This document shows, piece after piece, positions 22,120 to 32,082 of a stretch of 64,000 bases of DNA (position 1 is its first letter; each line of letters starts with the position of its first letter). This DNA comes from an uncultured Verrucomicrobiae bacterium (GTDB lineage Bacteria; Verrucomicrobiota; Verrucomicrobiia; Chthoniobacterales; Chthoniobacteraceae). The translations under genes and the position numbers were made by a program. A model generated the notes under the pieces. It was not told the origin of the DNA and did not search any database. It worked only from the letters and a program-made list of their open reading frames with translations. The stretch spans positions 1,280,001 to 1,344,000 of the forward strand of contig CAVYKI010000009.1 in assembly GCA_963769025.1 (NCBI GenBank), written 5' to 3'.

Positions 22120-24915
22120 CTACTTCAGCGTCTTGATGAAAAGGATGAGCGATTCGATCTGCGAGTCGGTGAGGGCGCCGGCGTAGCTGGGCATGGCGTA
22201 TTCGCCGCGCTCGTAGCCGGCGACGATTTTGGCGGAGGGATCGAGGATGGATTCGCGGAGGTAGGCGGCGTCCACGACGGCGTGGCCTTTCTTTTTCCCT
22301 GCGGTGAAGTAGTCGCGTTCGCTGCCGAACAGCCCCTTCCATGTGGGGCCGACGTGCGCCATGTCCTTCCCCTCCAGCGAATGGCACGCGGCGCAGCCGA
22401 ACATCGTCGCGAGTCGGCGGCCTTCCTCGGGCGTCGCGGGCGCGGCGTTCTGCACCGTCGGGGCGCGGGGCGTGAGGTCCACGGTGATGTCGCCAAAGCC
22501 TTCGGACTGCGGGTCGAATTTCGCGAGTTCGTAAGGCGTGGTGTAGGCGTTGCCTTCGAAGCCCTGCAGGGCAGCCTCGCCGGAGCCGCCCGCATTTTCC
22601 CCGGTGTGAAGCTTGGGCGCTCTCGGCGAGAGCGCCCCACCTAGCGACCAGCCGATGCGGAGCTGCTGCACGGGCTTCATGCCGGACACGCCGACGAAGA
22701 CACTCTTCCCGTCTTTCGAAAGATACGCGCTGCTCGCGGAGGGGAAGTCCTGGCCGGTGGTGCCGTCGGCTTTGTAGATGGCGGAGCCGTATTTGAACGT
22801 GCGCTTGTAGTGAAAGGTGGCGAGGGAGTAGCTCGCCGGGTCCGTCGCCTTCTTCGCGTCGAGCGGCACGTCGAAGCGGAGCAGCACGCCCTTGTCCATC
22901 GGCACGATTTCGCGCGGCAGGGTGGAAGGCGCTCCGGTGTAGCGCATGCGTGCGAGGCCGGCGATGCGCGTGGCGGTGGTGCCCCAGCCGACGATTTGGA
23001 AACCGGCGACGTAGAGCTGGCCGTCGGCGGGATTCACGGAGCCGTTGAGCGGCGGAAAGGCGAAGTCGCTCGTGACGCTGACGACGCCAGCCTGCGGTTT
23101 GGGCGTACGGTCATTCAGCAGCACTCGGAAAATCTCGGGACGATTGAAGCCGATGTGGACGAGCGAGTCGTTGAGCGGGCCCATCTTCGCATCGAAGAGC
23201 CACACCTGCGAAATGGCGGAAGCGTTCACCGCGTGCGGAATCCACACGAGCGGGTCGGCGATCGGCGCGGGATATTTCTCCTTCGGCTGCAGGTCGCTGA
23301 GGAAGCCGTAGAACTGGCCGTCGCGCACGATGTGCAGCGGCGTGCTCGGGATGTACTGGCCCTCCTGGTCGGAGGCGGTGACGAGGCCGGTGCGGATGTT
23401 CACGCCGATGTTCGGCTGGCGGAAACCGTAGCCGAGCACGGTGGCCCGGCGTGCCGTCGGCGGAGATGCGGAGCACGCTGCCGTTGTGCTTGCCGAGCGT
23501 GGTCGCCTGCTGGCCGCCCTTCGCGATGACGAACTCGCCGCCGGGTGCGAGTTTCACGCCGCTGGGGAATTCGCGCATGTCGGCCGTCTGCGCGAAGGCG
23601 TTCGAGAACAGCTCGTGCACATCGGCCTCGCCGGTGCCGCGCGTGTCGCGCAGGCGCCAGATGCCGTTGCGGTCGAAGACAAAAATTTCGCTCGTCGCGA
23701 ATCGCGAGCGACATCGGCTCGTGGAGACCGGAGGCGAAGCGATTCCAGCGCACGGTGCCGCCTGTCTCGTTCAGATCCGCGGATGAACCACACATCGCCA
23801 TCCACCGTCACGCCGACGCCGGTGCCGTCCTTGAGAAACTGGATGTCGCCGATGCGCACGTCGCGCTTCCACGGGTTGTCGAGCGGGAGCGCGATGTCGT
23901 CCACGACGTAGGCGTTGTCGGTGGAGGAGGACAATTTCACCTTGCTCGTGGCTTCCTGCGGCCAGCGCCGGGCCGGCGCGTCACGGGGAATCTCCCTCGG
24001 AGCGACGACGGGCGCCTTCCCGGAATCCGCGAGCGTGATGCAGAAACGCGCGGGCTCGCGGTGCTCCGGCACGCGGACGATCCACATCGCAGGGTCTTCC
24101 ACAATTTCCGCCGTGTGCTGGGCGTGCGGCGTGCAGAGCGTGACGGATGCGACCACTTCCTCGACCGCGGCGTTGTTCTTCGCACCGACGATGAGCAGCA
24201 GCGGCTTTGCGCTCGCGCCGACCTCGATGTGACGCTCGATGATTGTCTGGTCGTCGCGCTCCGAGACGGTCGTCCATTCGCGCACCTCCGCGCCGCCCGC
24301 GGTGTATTCCAGAACCACGCCGTCCTGCACGAGGCGCACGGCCTTGAATTTCCCCATCGCATCGGGAAGCGGTCCGCGGCCGACCTCCGCCGGGCTCGGC
24401 GCGGGCTCACGCGGGTCTTCGAGCACCGCGCGCTCTCCGGTCTGCCAACCGGGGTAGATGCCGTTTGAGAGCCACAATTTCCCGTCCGGCTGCGGCGCTG
24501 GAAATTGTCCGCCGGGCGTCTTGCGGCTGGAGTCGTGGTACGATCCCGGTGCGAGCGCCTTTGCCGTCACGCCCGGTCCGCGCCAAACGGCGGCGACGCG
24601 AAGCAGATCGGTATCAAAGCACACCCAGCAGTCGTGCCCGAGATTCAGAACGATGCCGCGCGGCGTGAGATTGTTCGCGCCGACTCCCGCGTGGCGCGCA
24701 TCGAGCACGGACGAGTAAAACGGGAAGTCCGGCTCGACCCACGCGACCCACGGAGACGGCGCTGCGGGCTTCTTTTCCTTCGGAGCAGCGGGCGCAAACG
24801 AAGCAGCGACGAAGAGGATCGCGAACGGGAGAATGTCGCAGGCGAGCACGCCCGCGAACAGTTTGCGACGGAGAAGGCACGCACGGCGTGAGAGCAAGGG
24901 GAACGCGAAGTTCAT
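22120..24915 (-). CDS. Large exported DUF6797-like/beta-propeller protein with C-terminal cytochrome c; about three frameshifts (23440-23790)
   Basis: Hydrophobic N-terminus, 'FDTDLLRVAAVW', 'NPWKRDVRIGD', C-terminal CAACH and 'YLRESILDP...AMP'; start codon uncertain (24915 or 24951). Confidence 0.75.
22566..22640. repeat. Inverted REP-like doublet (REPIN-like) lying in frame within a CDS
   Basis: + strand GCA-GGGCAGCCTC-GCC-GGAGCCGCCC (22566-22591) and - strand GTG-GGGCGCTCTC-GCC-GAGAGCGCCC (22640-22615); 23-nt spacer; 75 bp in total. Confidence 0.7.
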
Positions 24916-25052
24916 GCTCACATTGATGCCCCTTGCGCTTCCATTGCTCAAGATCGGCGATGCTGTGCTGCCTGCAGCAACACGAGCGCAACAGGCCTCG
25001 CCCTTCGAAGGTCGCCTACGAAATAACGCGGCCTATGAAAATGCTGCCAGCC

Positions 25053-25349
25053 CTACGGACCGGGAGGACGGCCACCGGGACGCGGCTTGCCTGGTGCCGG
25101 CTTGCCGGGGGCGGGCCTCCCGGGCGCCGCACCCGGTCCACGCACGATCGGCCCCGGCCTGCGAACAACGGGAACCTGCGGCGGCCTCCCGGGGATTCCC
25201 GGGCCGGGTCGATAGAGAGGTCGGACGGAAACAACCGGCCCGGGATGGCCACGATACGCCGGCCTTCCACCGGGATGCGGCGAAGGGGGAGGCAGACAGC
25301 CGGTGAGAGCGGTGCAGATGACGAGGCAGACAGGGACGAGCGGTTTCAT
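25053..25349 (-). CDS. Small Pro/Gly/Arg-rich lipoprotein
   Basis: Lipobox LTGC followed by PG-rich repeats (PAPGKPAPGKP). Confidence 0.6.
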   Translation of the reverse strand: MKPLVPVCLVICTALTGCLPPPSPHPGGRPAYRGHPGPVVSVRPLYRPGPGIPGRPPQVPVVRRPGPIVRGPGAAPGRPAPGKPAPGKPRPGGRPPGP

Positions 25350-25411
25350 GGGGTGTGGGATGCGCTATTAGCCCGCAGCGCGGGCGATTGCATTCAAAAA
25401 ACAATCCGCGC

Positions 25412-26373
25412 TCACTTCATCCGGTCGAAGTTCTTCTGCAAAATCTGCCAGTCGGCGAGACCCCCGACCTTCGCGCGGCTGTCGGCGATGAGCTTTGCTT
25501 CGTTCGCGTTCTTCGTCGGGCGGTTCACCTTGTAGAAAAGTGCCGAACAATCCCGGCCACGGGGCGTCGCACAGCTTGTAGGCGGCGTATTCGTCGGTCA
25601 CGTCGTGCTCGGCGGGAATCTCGGGGAAGGTGCCGCCTTTGCGCGGGATCGCGGCGTCGAACGCGCCGGGGAAAAACTCGATGCACTCGCTGAGGCACTC
25701 GATGAACGAGAAGCCGTCGTGATCCATCGCCGCCTCCATGAGTCTTGAGCAGATGCGGGATATTGGTCGCCGTGCTGCGCGCGACGAAAGTGGCGCCGGC
25801 GCGATGGCCTGCTTCATCGGATTGATCGGGCGGTCGGTGCGTGCCGCCGATATCCGTCTTCGATTTGAAGCCGAGCGGCGATGTCGGCGAGGTCTGCTTT
25901 TTGGTGAGGCCATAGACGAAGTTGTCCATGACCACGTAGGTCATCTTCACGTTCTTGCGCGCGGTGTGCGTGAAGTGATTTCCGCCGATCGAAAATGCGT
26001 CGCCGTCGCCGCCGAAGACGAACACATGCAGGTCGGGACGCGAGAGCGAGACGCCGCTGGCAAACGCCAGCGCGCGCCCGTGGATGAAGTGCGCGCCGTG
26101 CGCCTGCACGAAATACGGGAAGCGCGACGAGCAGCCGATGCCCGCGACGGTGCAGATTTTCTCGTGCCAGATTTTCCGCTTCTCGATGAGCTTGTAGTAG
26201 AGCGCGAGGACGCTGAAGTCGCCGCAGCCGGGGCACCACGTCGGGTGGTCGGCGGCGGTCTCCTTTTTCGTGAGCGGCTTGCGGTCGGCGTCGGCGAGAG
26301 GCGCGGGCGCGGGCAGCGTGGCGGCGACGCCGGTGCGGGGGAGGGTTTCGTTGGGAATGGCGATGGTGCTCAT
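25412..26373 (-). CDS. korB: 2-oxoacid:ferredoxin oxidoreductase beta subunit; several frameshifts
   Basis: 'WCPGCGD', 'GIGCSSR', 'GGDGDAFSIG', 'YGLTKKQTSPT'; C-terminus ...ILQKNFDRMK*; substrate specificity not determinable. Confidence 0.85.
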
Positions 26374-26391
26374 ATCGGGAAAAGTGCGGGG

Positions 26392-28201
26392 TTACTTCGT
26401 GAGGGTGAGGGCGCGCGTGAGGATTTCCTTCACCTTCCACGGGAGGCCGTCGGTCTTGGTGACGCTCTGGATGCGCGGGTCGCAATAGCGCGCGCGGAGG
26501 ATCGAGGCGAGCTGGCCGTGGCCGTAGAGGCCCTCGTCGTTGAGTCTCGCACGACGACGACGTGCGTGAAACCGCTGAAGATTTTTTCGAGCCCGTTCGG
26601 GCAGCGGGTTGAGGTACTTGATGTGCAGGCCGGAAACGGCCTCGCCCTGCAGGCGGCCGTGCTTCACGGCTTCCTCGATCGGGCCTTTGCTCGAGCCCCA
26701 GCCGACGAGCAGCACGTGGCCCTCGGAGGCGCCGTAGATGTTCGGGACGGGCAGATCTCCGCGGCGAGCTTGCGGAGCTTGTTGCGGCGCTTCGCGTTCA
26801 TCTGCGTGTGCAGCTTGCCGGAGCCGGTCGGGTGGCCGAGTTCGTCGTGTTCGAGGCCGGTGACGACAGGATATTTGCCGCTCGCGACGCGCGTGCCCGG
26901 CGCGACGTGGCGCGTGATGCCGTCGGGCGCGGAGAGGTCGTAGGGCTTGTGATCGGCGACGGGCGTGAAGTCCGGCGAGATGTCCTGGCAGACGTTCTGA
27001 AGATCGGGACAGGGGAACGCCTCGATGCGCGTGGCGATGCCCTGGTCGCTGAGGATGAGCACGGGCGTGCTGAATATTTGCGCGCGATGTTCACCGCCTC
27101 GATCGCCGTGTAGAAGCAGTCCTCCACGCTCGACGGCGCGAGCACCACGCGCGGGCTGTCGCCGTGGCCGCCGAAGCACGCGATGTTCAGGTCGCTCTGC
27201 TCGACGATTCGTCGGCATGCCGGTGCTGGGTCCGCCGCGCTGCACGTCGATGACCACGACCGGCATCTCCGCCATCGAGGCCCAGCCGAGCGCCTCGGTC
27301 TTCAGCGAAATGCCCGGCCCGCTCGAGCCGGTCACCGCGACGCGCCCGCCGTAGCTCGCCGCCGAGCGCCATCGAGATCGCCGCGATTTCATCCTCGGTC
27401 TGGACGAAAGTGCCGCCGTATTTCGGCAGCTCGCGCCGCAGCAGTTCCATGATGTCGCTCCACGGCGTGATCGGATAGCCCGCGCCGAAGCGCACGCCCG
27501 CGGCGATGATCCCGTAGGCCAGCGCCTCGTTGCCGCTCATCACCACCTGCGGCGCGCCCGGTGTGCTCGCGTGCTCAAATTGGAAGGACTCGCATCAGCC
27601 CCTGGATCTGATGCCCGTAGCCTGCGTTGAAACACGCGAGCGCATTTTTCACGATCGACGGATCCTTTCCGCCGAAGCGCTCCTCGATCAGCTTCGTGAG
27701 CTTCGGCACATTCAGGTCGAACATCCGCGCGATCAGCCCGAGCGCGTAAATGTTCTTCCCCTTGTCGCGCCCCGTCCCGCCGATCGCCTCGACCGTGAGC
27801 GACGAAATCGGCACGCCGACATGATGATACGTGCCGAGCAGTTCCTCGTTCGGCTTCACGTGGTCGCAGTCGTAGAGCACGATGCCGCCGCGCTTCAGCG
27901 AGCTGATGTGGTTTGCGTAGCTGTGATCGTAAAAGCACAGCAGCACGTCCGCCTCGTCGCCCGCGCTGAGCACTTCGCCGGAGCCGATGCGCACCTGGAA
28001 AATGGACGGCCCGCCCGAGATGGTGGACGGGATGGTCATGAACGTCATCACCTCCTGCTCGCTGCGCCCCGCGAGCCGCGCGAGGAAGCCGCCGATGGCC
28101 TGGATGCCGTCCTGAGAATTGCCCGCGATGCGGATGACGCTTTCAGCAATCTTGGAAACTTGGGAACCGCTCGGAGTGGCGGCGGCAGTGGTGTCGCTCA
28201 T
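26392..28201 (-). CDS. korA: 2-oxoacid:acceptor oxidoreductase alpha subunit (gamma-alpha fusion); several frameshifts
   Basis: '[12 protein letters not shown]', 'SGNEALAYG', 'YPITP', '[10 protein letters not shown]', 'VGWGSS.G'. Confidence 0.85.
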
Positions 28202-28331
28202 TGGATGTAGGAAGTGGAAAAGGGGCGTGAAAGTAGCAACCGCCGATTGCTGGTCAAGACCGGCAGTACCGTGAAAGGGGATACAAAGACAACCGCCCCG
28301 CCACTGCCGGGCTTTGAGCATTCCCCCGGGA

Positions 28332-29798
28332 TTACGTGAGGACGTCGTTCACCACCTCGCCATGCACATCCGTGAGGCGGAAGTCGCGGCCTGCATAGCG
28401 GTAGGTGAATTTCTCGTGGTCGAAGCCGAGCAGCTTGAGAATCGTCGCATGCAGGTCGTGGACATGGACCGGCTTTTCCACGGCCTTGAAACCGAACTCA
28501 TCGGTCGCGCCGTGGATGTGGCCGCCCTTCACGCCGCCGCCAGCCATCCAAAGCGTGAAGCCGTGGTGGTTGTGATCGCGGCCGTTTTTCACTCCGGCAT
28601 TGTTTGAGCCGGGCGTGGAAATCTCGACGGTGGGCGTGCGGCCGAATTCACCGGAGCAGATGACGAGCGTGTCCTTGAGCATGTCGCGCTGCTTGAGGTC
28701 GGCGAGCAGCGCCGCGATGCCCTGGTCGCATTCGCCTGCGAGCTTGCGGTGATTCTTCTCGATCTCGTCGTGGCTGTCCCACGGCTGCCCGTCGCCGTGC
28801 CAGACTTGGACGAAACGCACGCCTTTCTCCAGCAGCCGTCGCGCGATGAGGAACTGCTCGGCTTGCTTGCCCGTGCCGTACATCTCGCGAATGGCCGAGG
28901 GCTCGCGCGTGACGTCAAATGCATCGCTCGCGTCCATCTGCATGCGGTAGGCGAGTTCGAACGACTGGATGCGCGCCTCGAGTTGCGCGTCCTTCGCGCG
29001 CTTGGCGAGGTGCTCGGAGTTCAGGCGCTGGAGCAGGTCCAGTTGCGCCCGTTGCTCGGGCAAGGTCACGCGCTTGTTGTGAATGTTTTCGATCAGTTCC
29101 TCGATGGTCTGCTTGCGCGTGTCCACGTAGGTACCCTGGAAAATGCCGGGCAGGAATCCGCTCTGCCAGTTCTGCGATTCCTGGATCGGGTAGCCGGGAC
29201 ACAGCGAGACGAAGCCGGGGAGATTCTGGTTTTCCGTGCCGAGGCCGTAGGTGATCCACGAGCCCATGCTCGGGCGAGGCAGGCGCGAATCGCCGCAGTT
29301 CATCAGCAGCAGCGACGGCTCGTGGTTAGGCACGTCCGCGCGCATCGAGCGGATGAAGCACATGTCGTCCACGTGCGCGGCGGTCTTGGCAAAAAGCTCG
29401 CTGACCTCGATTCCGGCCTTGCCGTATTTCTGGAAGGAGAACGGCGACTTGAATGCCGTCGTCGTCTTGCGCTCGGTCTGCAGCTTCGTCGGGATTTCCT
29501 TGCCGTGCCACTTGTCGAGCTCGGGCTTCGGATCGAACGTGTCCACCTGCGACGCGCCGCCATTCAGGAAAATGTGGATGACGCGCTTCGCCTTCGGCGC
29601 AAAGTGCCACGGCTTGCGCGCGGCGAGCGGGTTCGTGCTGGAAATCTGTTCCGCCGCGGATGCCCCGGCGGGACCGAAGATGCCGCTTTCACCAAAAAGA
29701 CCGCCGAGCGCGAGCATGCCCATGCCCATCCCTGTCCTTCGCACGAAGTCGCGACGGGTGAGGAAAAGGTGATCGGTCGGTGTGGTGTGATGGCTCAT
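28332..29798 (-). CDS. DUF1501 protein (Tat signal)
   Basis: 'TRRDF', 'AKRVIHIFL.GG.SQ.DTFDPKP', 'GEFGRTP', 'GRDH', 'DLHATI'. Confidence 0.9.
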   Translation of the reverse strand: MSHHTTPTDHLFLTRRDFVRRTGMGMGMLALGGLFGESGIFGPAGASAAEQISSTNPLAARKPWHFAPKAKRVIHIFLNGGASQVDTFDPKPELDKWHGKEIPTKLQTERKTTTAFKSPFSFQKYGKAGIEVSELFAKTAAHVDDMCFIRSMRADVPNHEPSLLLMNCGDSRLPRPSMGSWITYGLGTENQNLPGFVSLCPGYPIQESQNWQSGFLPGIFQGTYVDTRKQTIEELIENIHNKRVTLPEQRAQLDLLQRLNSEHLAKRAKDAQLEARIQSFELAYRMQMDASDAFDVTREPSAIREMYGTGKQAEQFLIARRLLEKGVRFVQVWHGDGQPWDSHDEIEKNHRKLAGECDQGIAALLADLKQRDMLKDTLVICSGEFGRTPTVEISTPGSNNAGVKNGRDHNHHGFTLWMAGGGVKGGHIHGATDEFGFKAVEKPVHVHDLHATILKLLGFDHEKFTYRYAGRDFRLTDVHGEVVNDVLT

Positions 29799-30006
29799 CG
29801 GTTTCGCAGCAACAATCCAGCCCCCAGCCGGGCCTTAGATGCCGCAAGGAAGCTAGGACGCCAATGCCGGGAAAGCAACGGAATCAGCACCGAACAGCGC
29901 GTACACGAAGTCTCGCGCCCACGGATGGAATGCAGCGCGGAAGCTGGCCCGCGCAAGTTCAGGCGAGTGCTCCGCCCGATGCTGATGGGATGCCGGTCGG
30001 ACCGGA

Positions 30007-30444
30007 CTAGTAGCGGTCTCGGCCACCGCCGCCACCGCCGCCACCGCCGCCACCACCACCGCCGCCGTAGCCGCCACCGCCGCCACCGCCGCCACGATAG
30101 GGACGGCGTCCGCCGCCACCACCACCGCCGCCGCGATCTCCGTAACCGCCGCCACCTCCGCGAGGAGGGCCGTCAAAGGAACGGGGAGGACGATCTTCCT
30201 TGGGCCGGGCGATGTTCACCTGCAGCTTGCGTCCGTCCACTTCCTGGCCGTTGAGGACTTCGATCACTTTGTTGGCTTCCTCTTCAGAGGACATCGTGAC
30301 GAATGCGAAGCCGCGCGAACGACCGGTCGCCCGGTCAAGCATGAGGCTGCATTCCGTGACGGTGCCGCAAGCGGCGCATGCTGATTCAATGGCTCCCTCG
30401 GTGGTGGTCCAGGCGAGGTTGCCGACAAACAATTTGTTGTTCAT
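30007..30444 (-). CDS. RRM RNA-binding protein with glycine-rich tail
   Basis: RNP2 'LFVGNL', RNP1 'RGFAFVTM', poly-Gly/RGG/YGG tail. Confidence 0.93.
   Translation of the reverse strand: MNNKLFVGNLAWTTTEGAIESACAACGTVTECSLMLDRATGRSRGFAFVTMSSEEEANKVIEVLNGQEVDGRKLQVNIARPKEDRPPRSFDGPPRGGGGGYGDRGGGGGGGGRRPYRGGGGGGGGYGGGGGGGGGGGGGGGRDRY
30021..30158. repeat. (GGY)n low-complexity tract encoding poly-glycine
   Basis: Tandem ccg/cca/acc triplets on the + strand. Confidence 0.85.
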
Positions 30445-30592
30445 GGATTACTGTTAACTGTGTTCTTGCCGCAGACCGACATGGCGACTCGGGGAGGCGC
30501 GCTGATTGACCGCTGGCATGACGCCAGAACCGCACAGTTGCGCTGTTCCGGCGGGGACCAATGGACTACCCGGCTGTCTAACGACGCGGCGG

Positions 30593-30621
30593 ACAGTGGG
30601 CGAAGGCCCGGGGGCTGGCAA
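30593..30621 (-). promoter_or_regulatory. Putative sigma70-type promoter of the RRM gene
   Basis: TTGCCA-17bp-CACTGT, implying a leader of about 140 nt. Confidence 0.45.
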
Positions 30622-30721
30622 GCACGAATCAGCAGTGTTGGAGGCCTGGGATTTCGCGGACCGAACGCCGCACCTAAAATTTTGCGGCACTCTGCTTCCA
30701 ACCCGGCTATGGATCTGCCCC

Positions 30722-31951
30722 ATGCTCGCCCGCCGTTCATTTCTCCGAACCCTCGCCGCCGCTGCGATCGTCCCGTCGCTCAGAAGCCAGGAAGTTGAGA
30801 AGCTCCCGCCGGTCCGCGCCATCACACGCGGGCCGAAATTCCACTGGTTCGCCTACTACGATAAATTCCAGTTTGACCCGACGGATCGCTTCGTCCTCGC
30901 GAATGAGGTGGATTTCGAAGGCCGCTCGCCAACACCGGATGACGTGATTCGCACCGGCATGGTGGATCTGCAGGACGGTGACAAATGGATCGAACTCGGC
31001 GAGTCGCGCGCATGGAATTGGCAGCAGGGCTGCATGCTCCAATGGGTGCCGGGCACGGCCTCGACCGTGATGTGGAATGACCGCGAGGGCGATCAGTTCG
31101 TCTGCCGCATCATGGACGTGAAGACCGGCAAACGCCGCACGATTCCGCATCCGATCTATGCGCTGAGCCCGGATGGAACCTCGGGCATTTCGCCGGACTT
31201 CCGCCGGCTGAACGACACGCGCCCCGGCTACGGATACTGCGGTGTGCCGGACCCGAATCGCGACGTGCTCGCGCCGGAGGACGCGGGCATCTGGAAGACG
31301 GACATGGCGACGGGAAAGCAGACGCTGCTGCTTTCATTCGCGGAGGTCGCGAAGGTCGCGCAGCCGGGCGGATTTTCGAACGGCTCGAAGCACTGGTTCA
31401 ATCACCTGCTCGTCGCGCCGGATGGAAAGCGCTTCACTTTCCTCCATCGATGGAAAGGCGAGGCCGAGGGGAAAAGCTGGAAGACGCGGCAGTTCACCGT
31501 GGGCGCGGACGGCAAGGACCTCCATCTGCTGAACCCGAGCGGCAAAGTCTCGCACTTTATCTGGCGCGACGCGACGCACATCCTCGCCTACGCCGGGTGG
31601 GACGAGCAGATCTGGCGCTTCCAGGTTTTCGAGGACAGGACCAACAAGGCCGAGGCGATCGACGGCATGCTGCCCGTGGACGGACACTGCACCTACCTGC
31701 CGGGCAACGAGTGGATCCTGAACGACACGTATCCCGACAAGGAACGCAACCAGAAGCCGTATCTTTTCCATCTGCCGACCGGACGGCTGCACCTGCTCGG
31801 GAAGTTTCAGTCGCCAAAGGAATACACGGGCGAGTGGCGATGCGATACGCATCCACGCAGTTCGCGAAATGGAAAATTCGCGTGTATCGACAGCCCGCAT
31901 GCCGGAGGGCGCCAGTTGCATCTCATCGACCTGCGCCCGATCACCGGCTGA
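30722..31951 (+). CDS. Tat-exported TolB/oligogalacturonate-lyase-like beta-propeller protein
   Basis: 'ARRSFL' Tat motif, 'WNWQQG', 'HWFNH', 'DGH..Y', 'RCD.HPR'. Confidence 0.7.
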   Translation: MLARRSFLRTLAAAAIVPSLRSQEVEKLPPVRAITRGPKFHWFAYYDKFQFDPTDRFVLANEVDFEGRSPTPDDVIRTGMVDLQDGDKWIELGESRAWNWQQGCMLQWVPGTASTVMWNDREGDQFVCRIMDVKTGKRRTIPHPIYALSPDGTSGISPDFRRLNDTRPGYGYCGVPDPNRDVLAPEDAGIWKTDMATGKQTLLLSFAEVAKVAQPGGFSNGSKHWFNHLLVAPDGKRFTFLHRWKGEAEGKSWKTRQFTVGADGKDLHLLNPSGKVSHFIWRDATHILAYAGWDEQIWRFQVFEDRTNKAEAIDGMLPVDGHCTYLPGNEWILNDTYPDKERNQKPYLFHLPTGRLHLLGKFQSPKEYTGEWRCDTHPRSSRNGKFACIDSPHAGGRQLHLIDLRPITG

Positions 31952-32082
31952 GGGGACGGATCATCACTTTTCCGCAGTGCGACGGCCGAAGCAGCCGGGC
32001 ACGGCGGCGACGACGATGCCGGATGAAAATCCATGCACCGGGATTTTCTCGCCTCATCCGCGGTGCCCGGCAAAGTGCGCGC

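Noticed and set aside
30021..30158. Tandem repeat as a CRISPR array or VNTR
   Set aside because: It is the poly-glycine coding tract of the RRM gene; no repeat-spacer structure and no cas genes.
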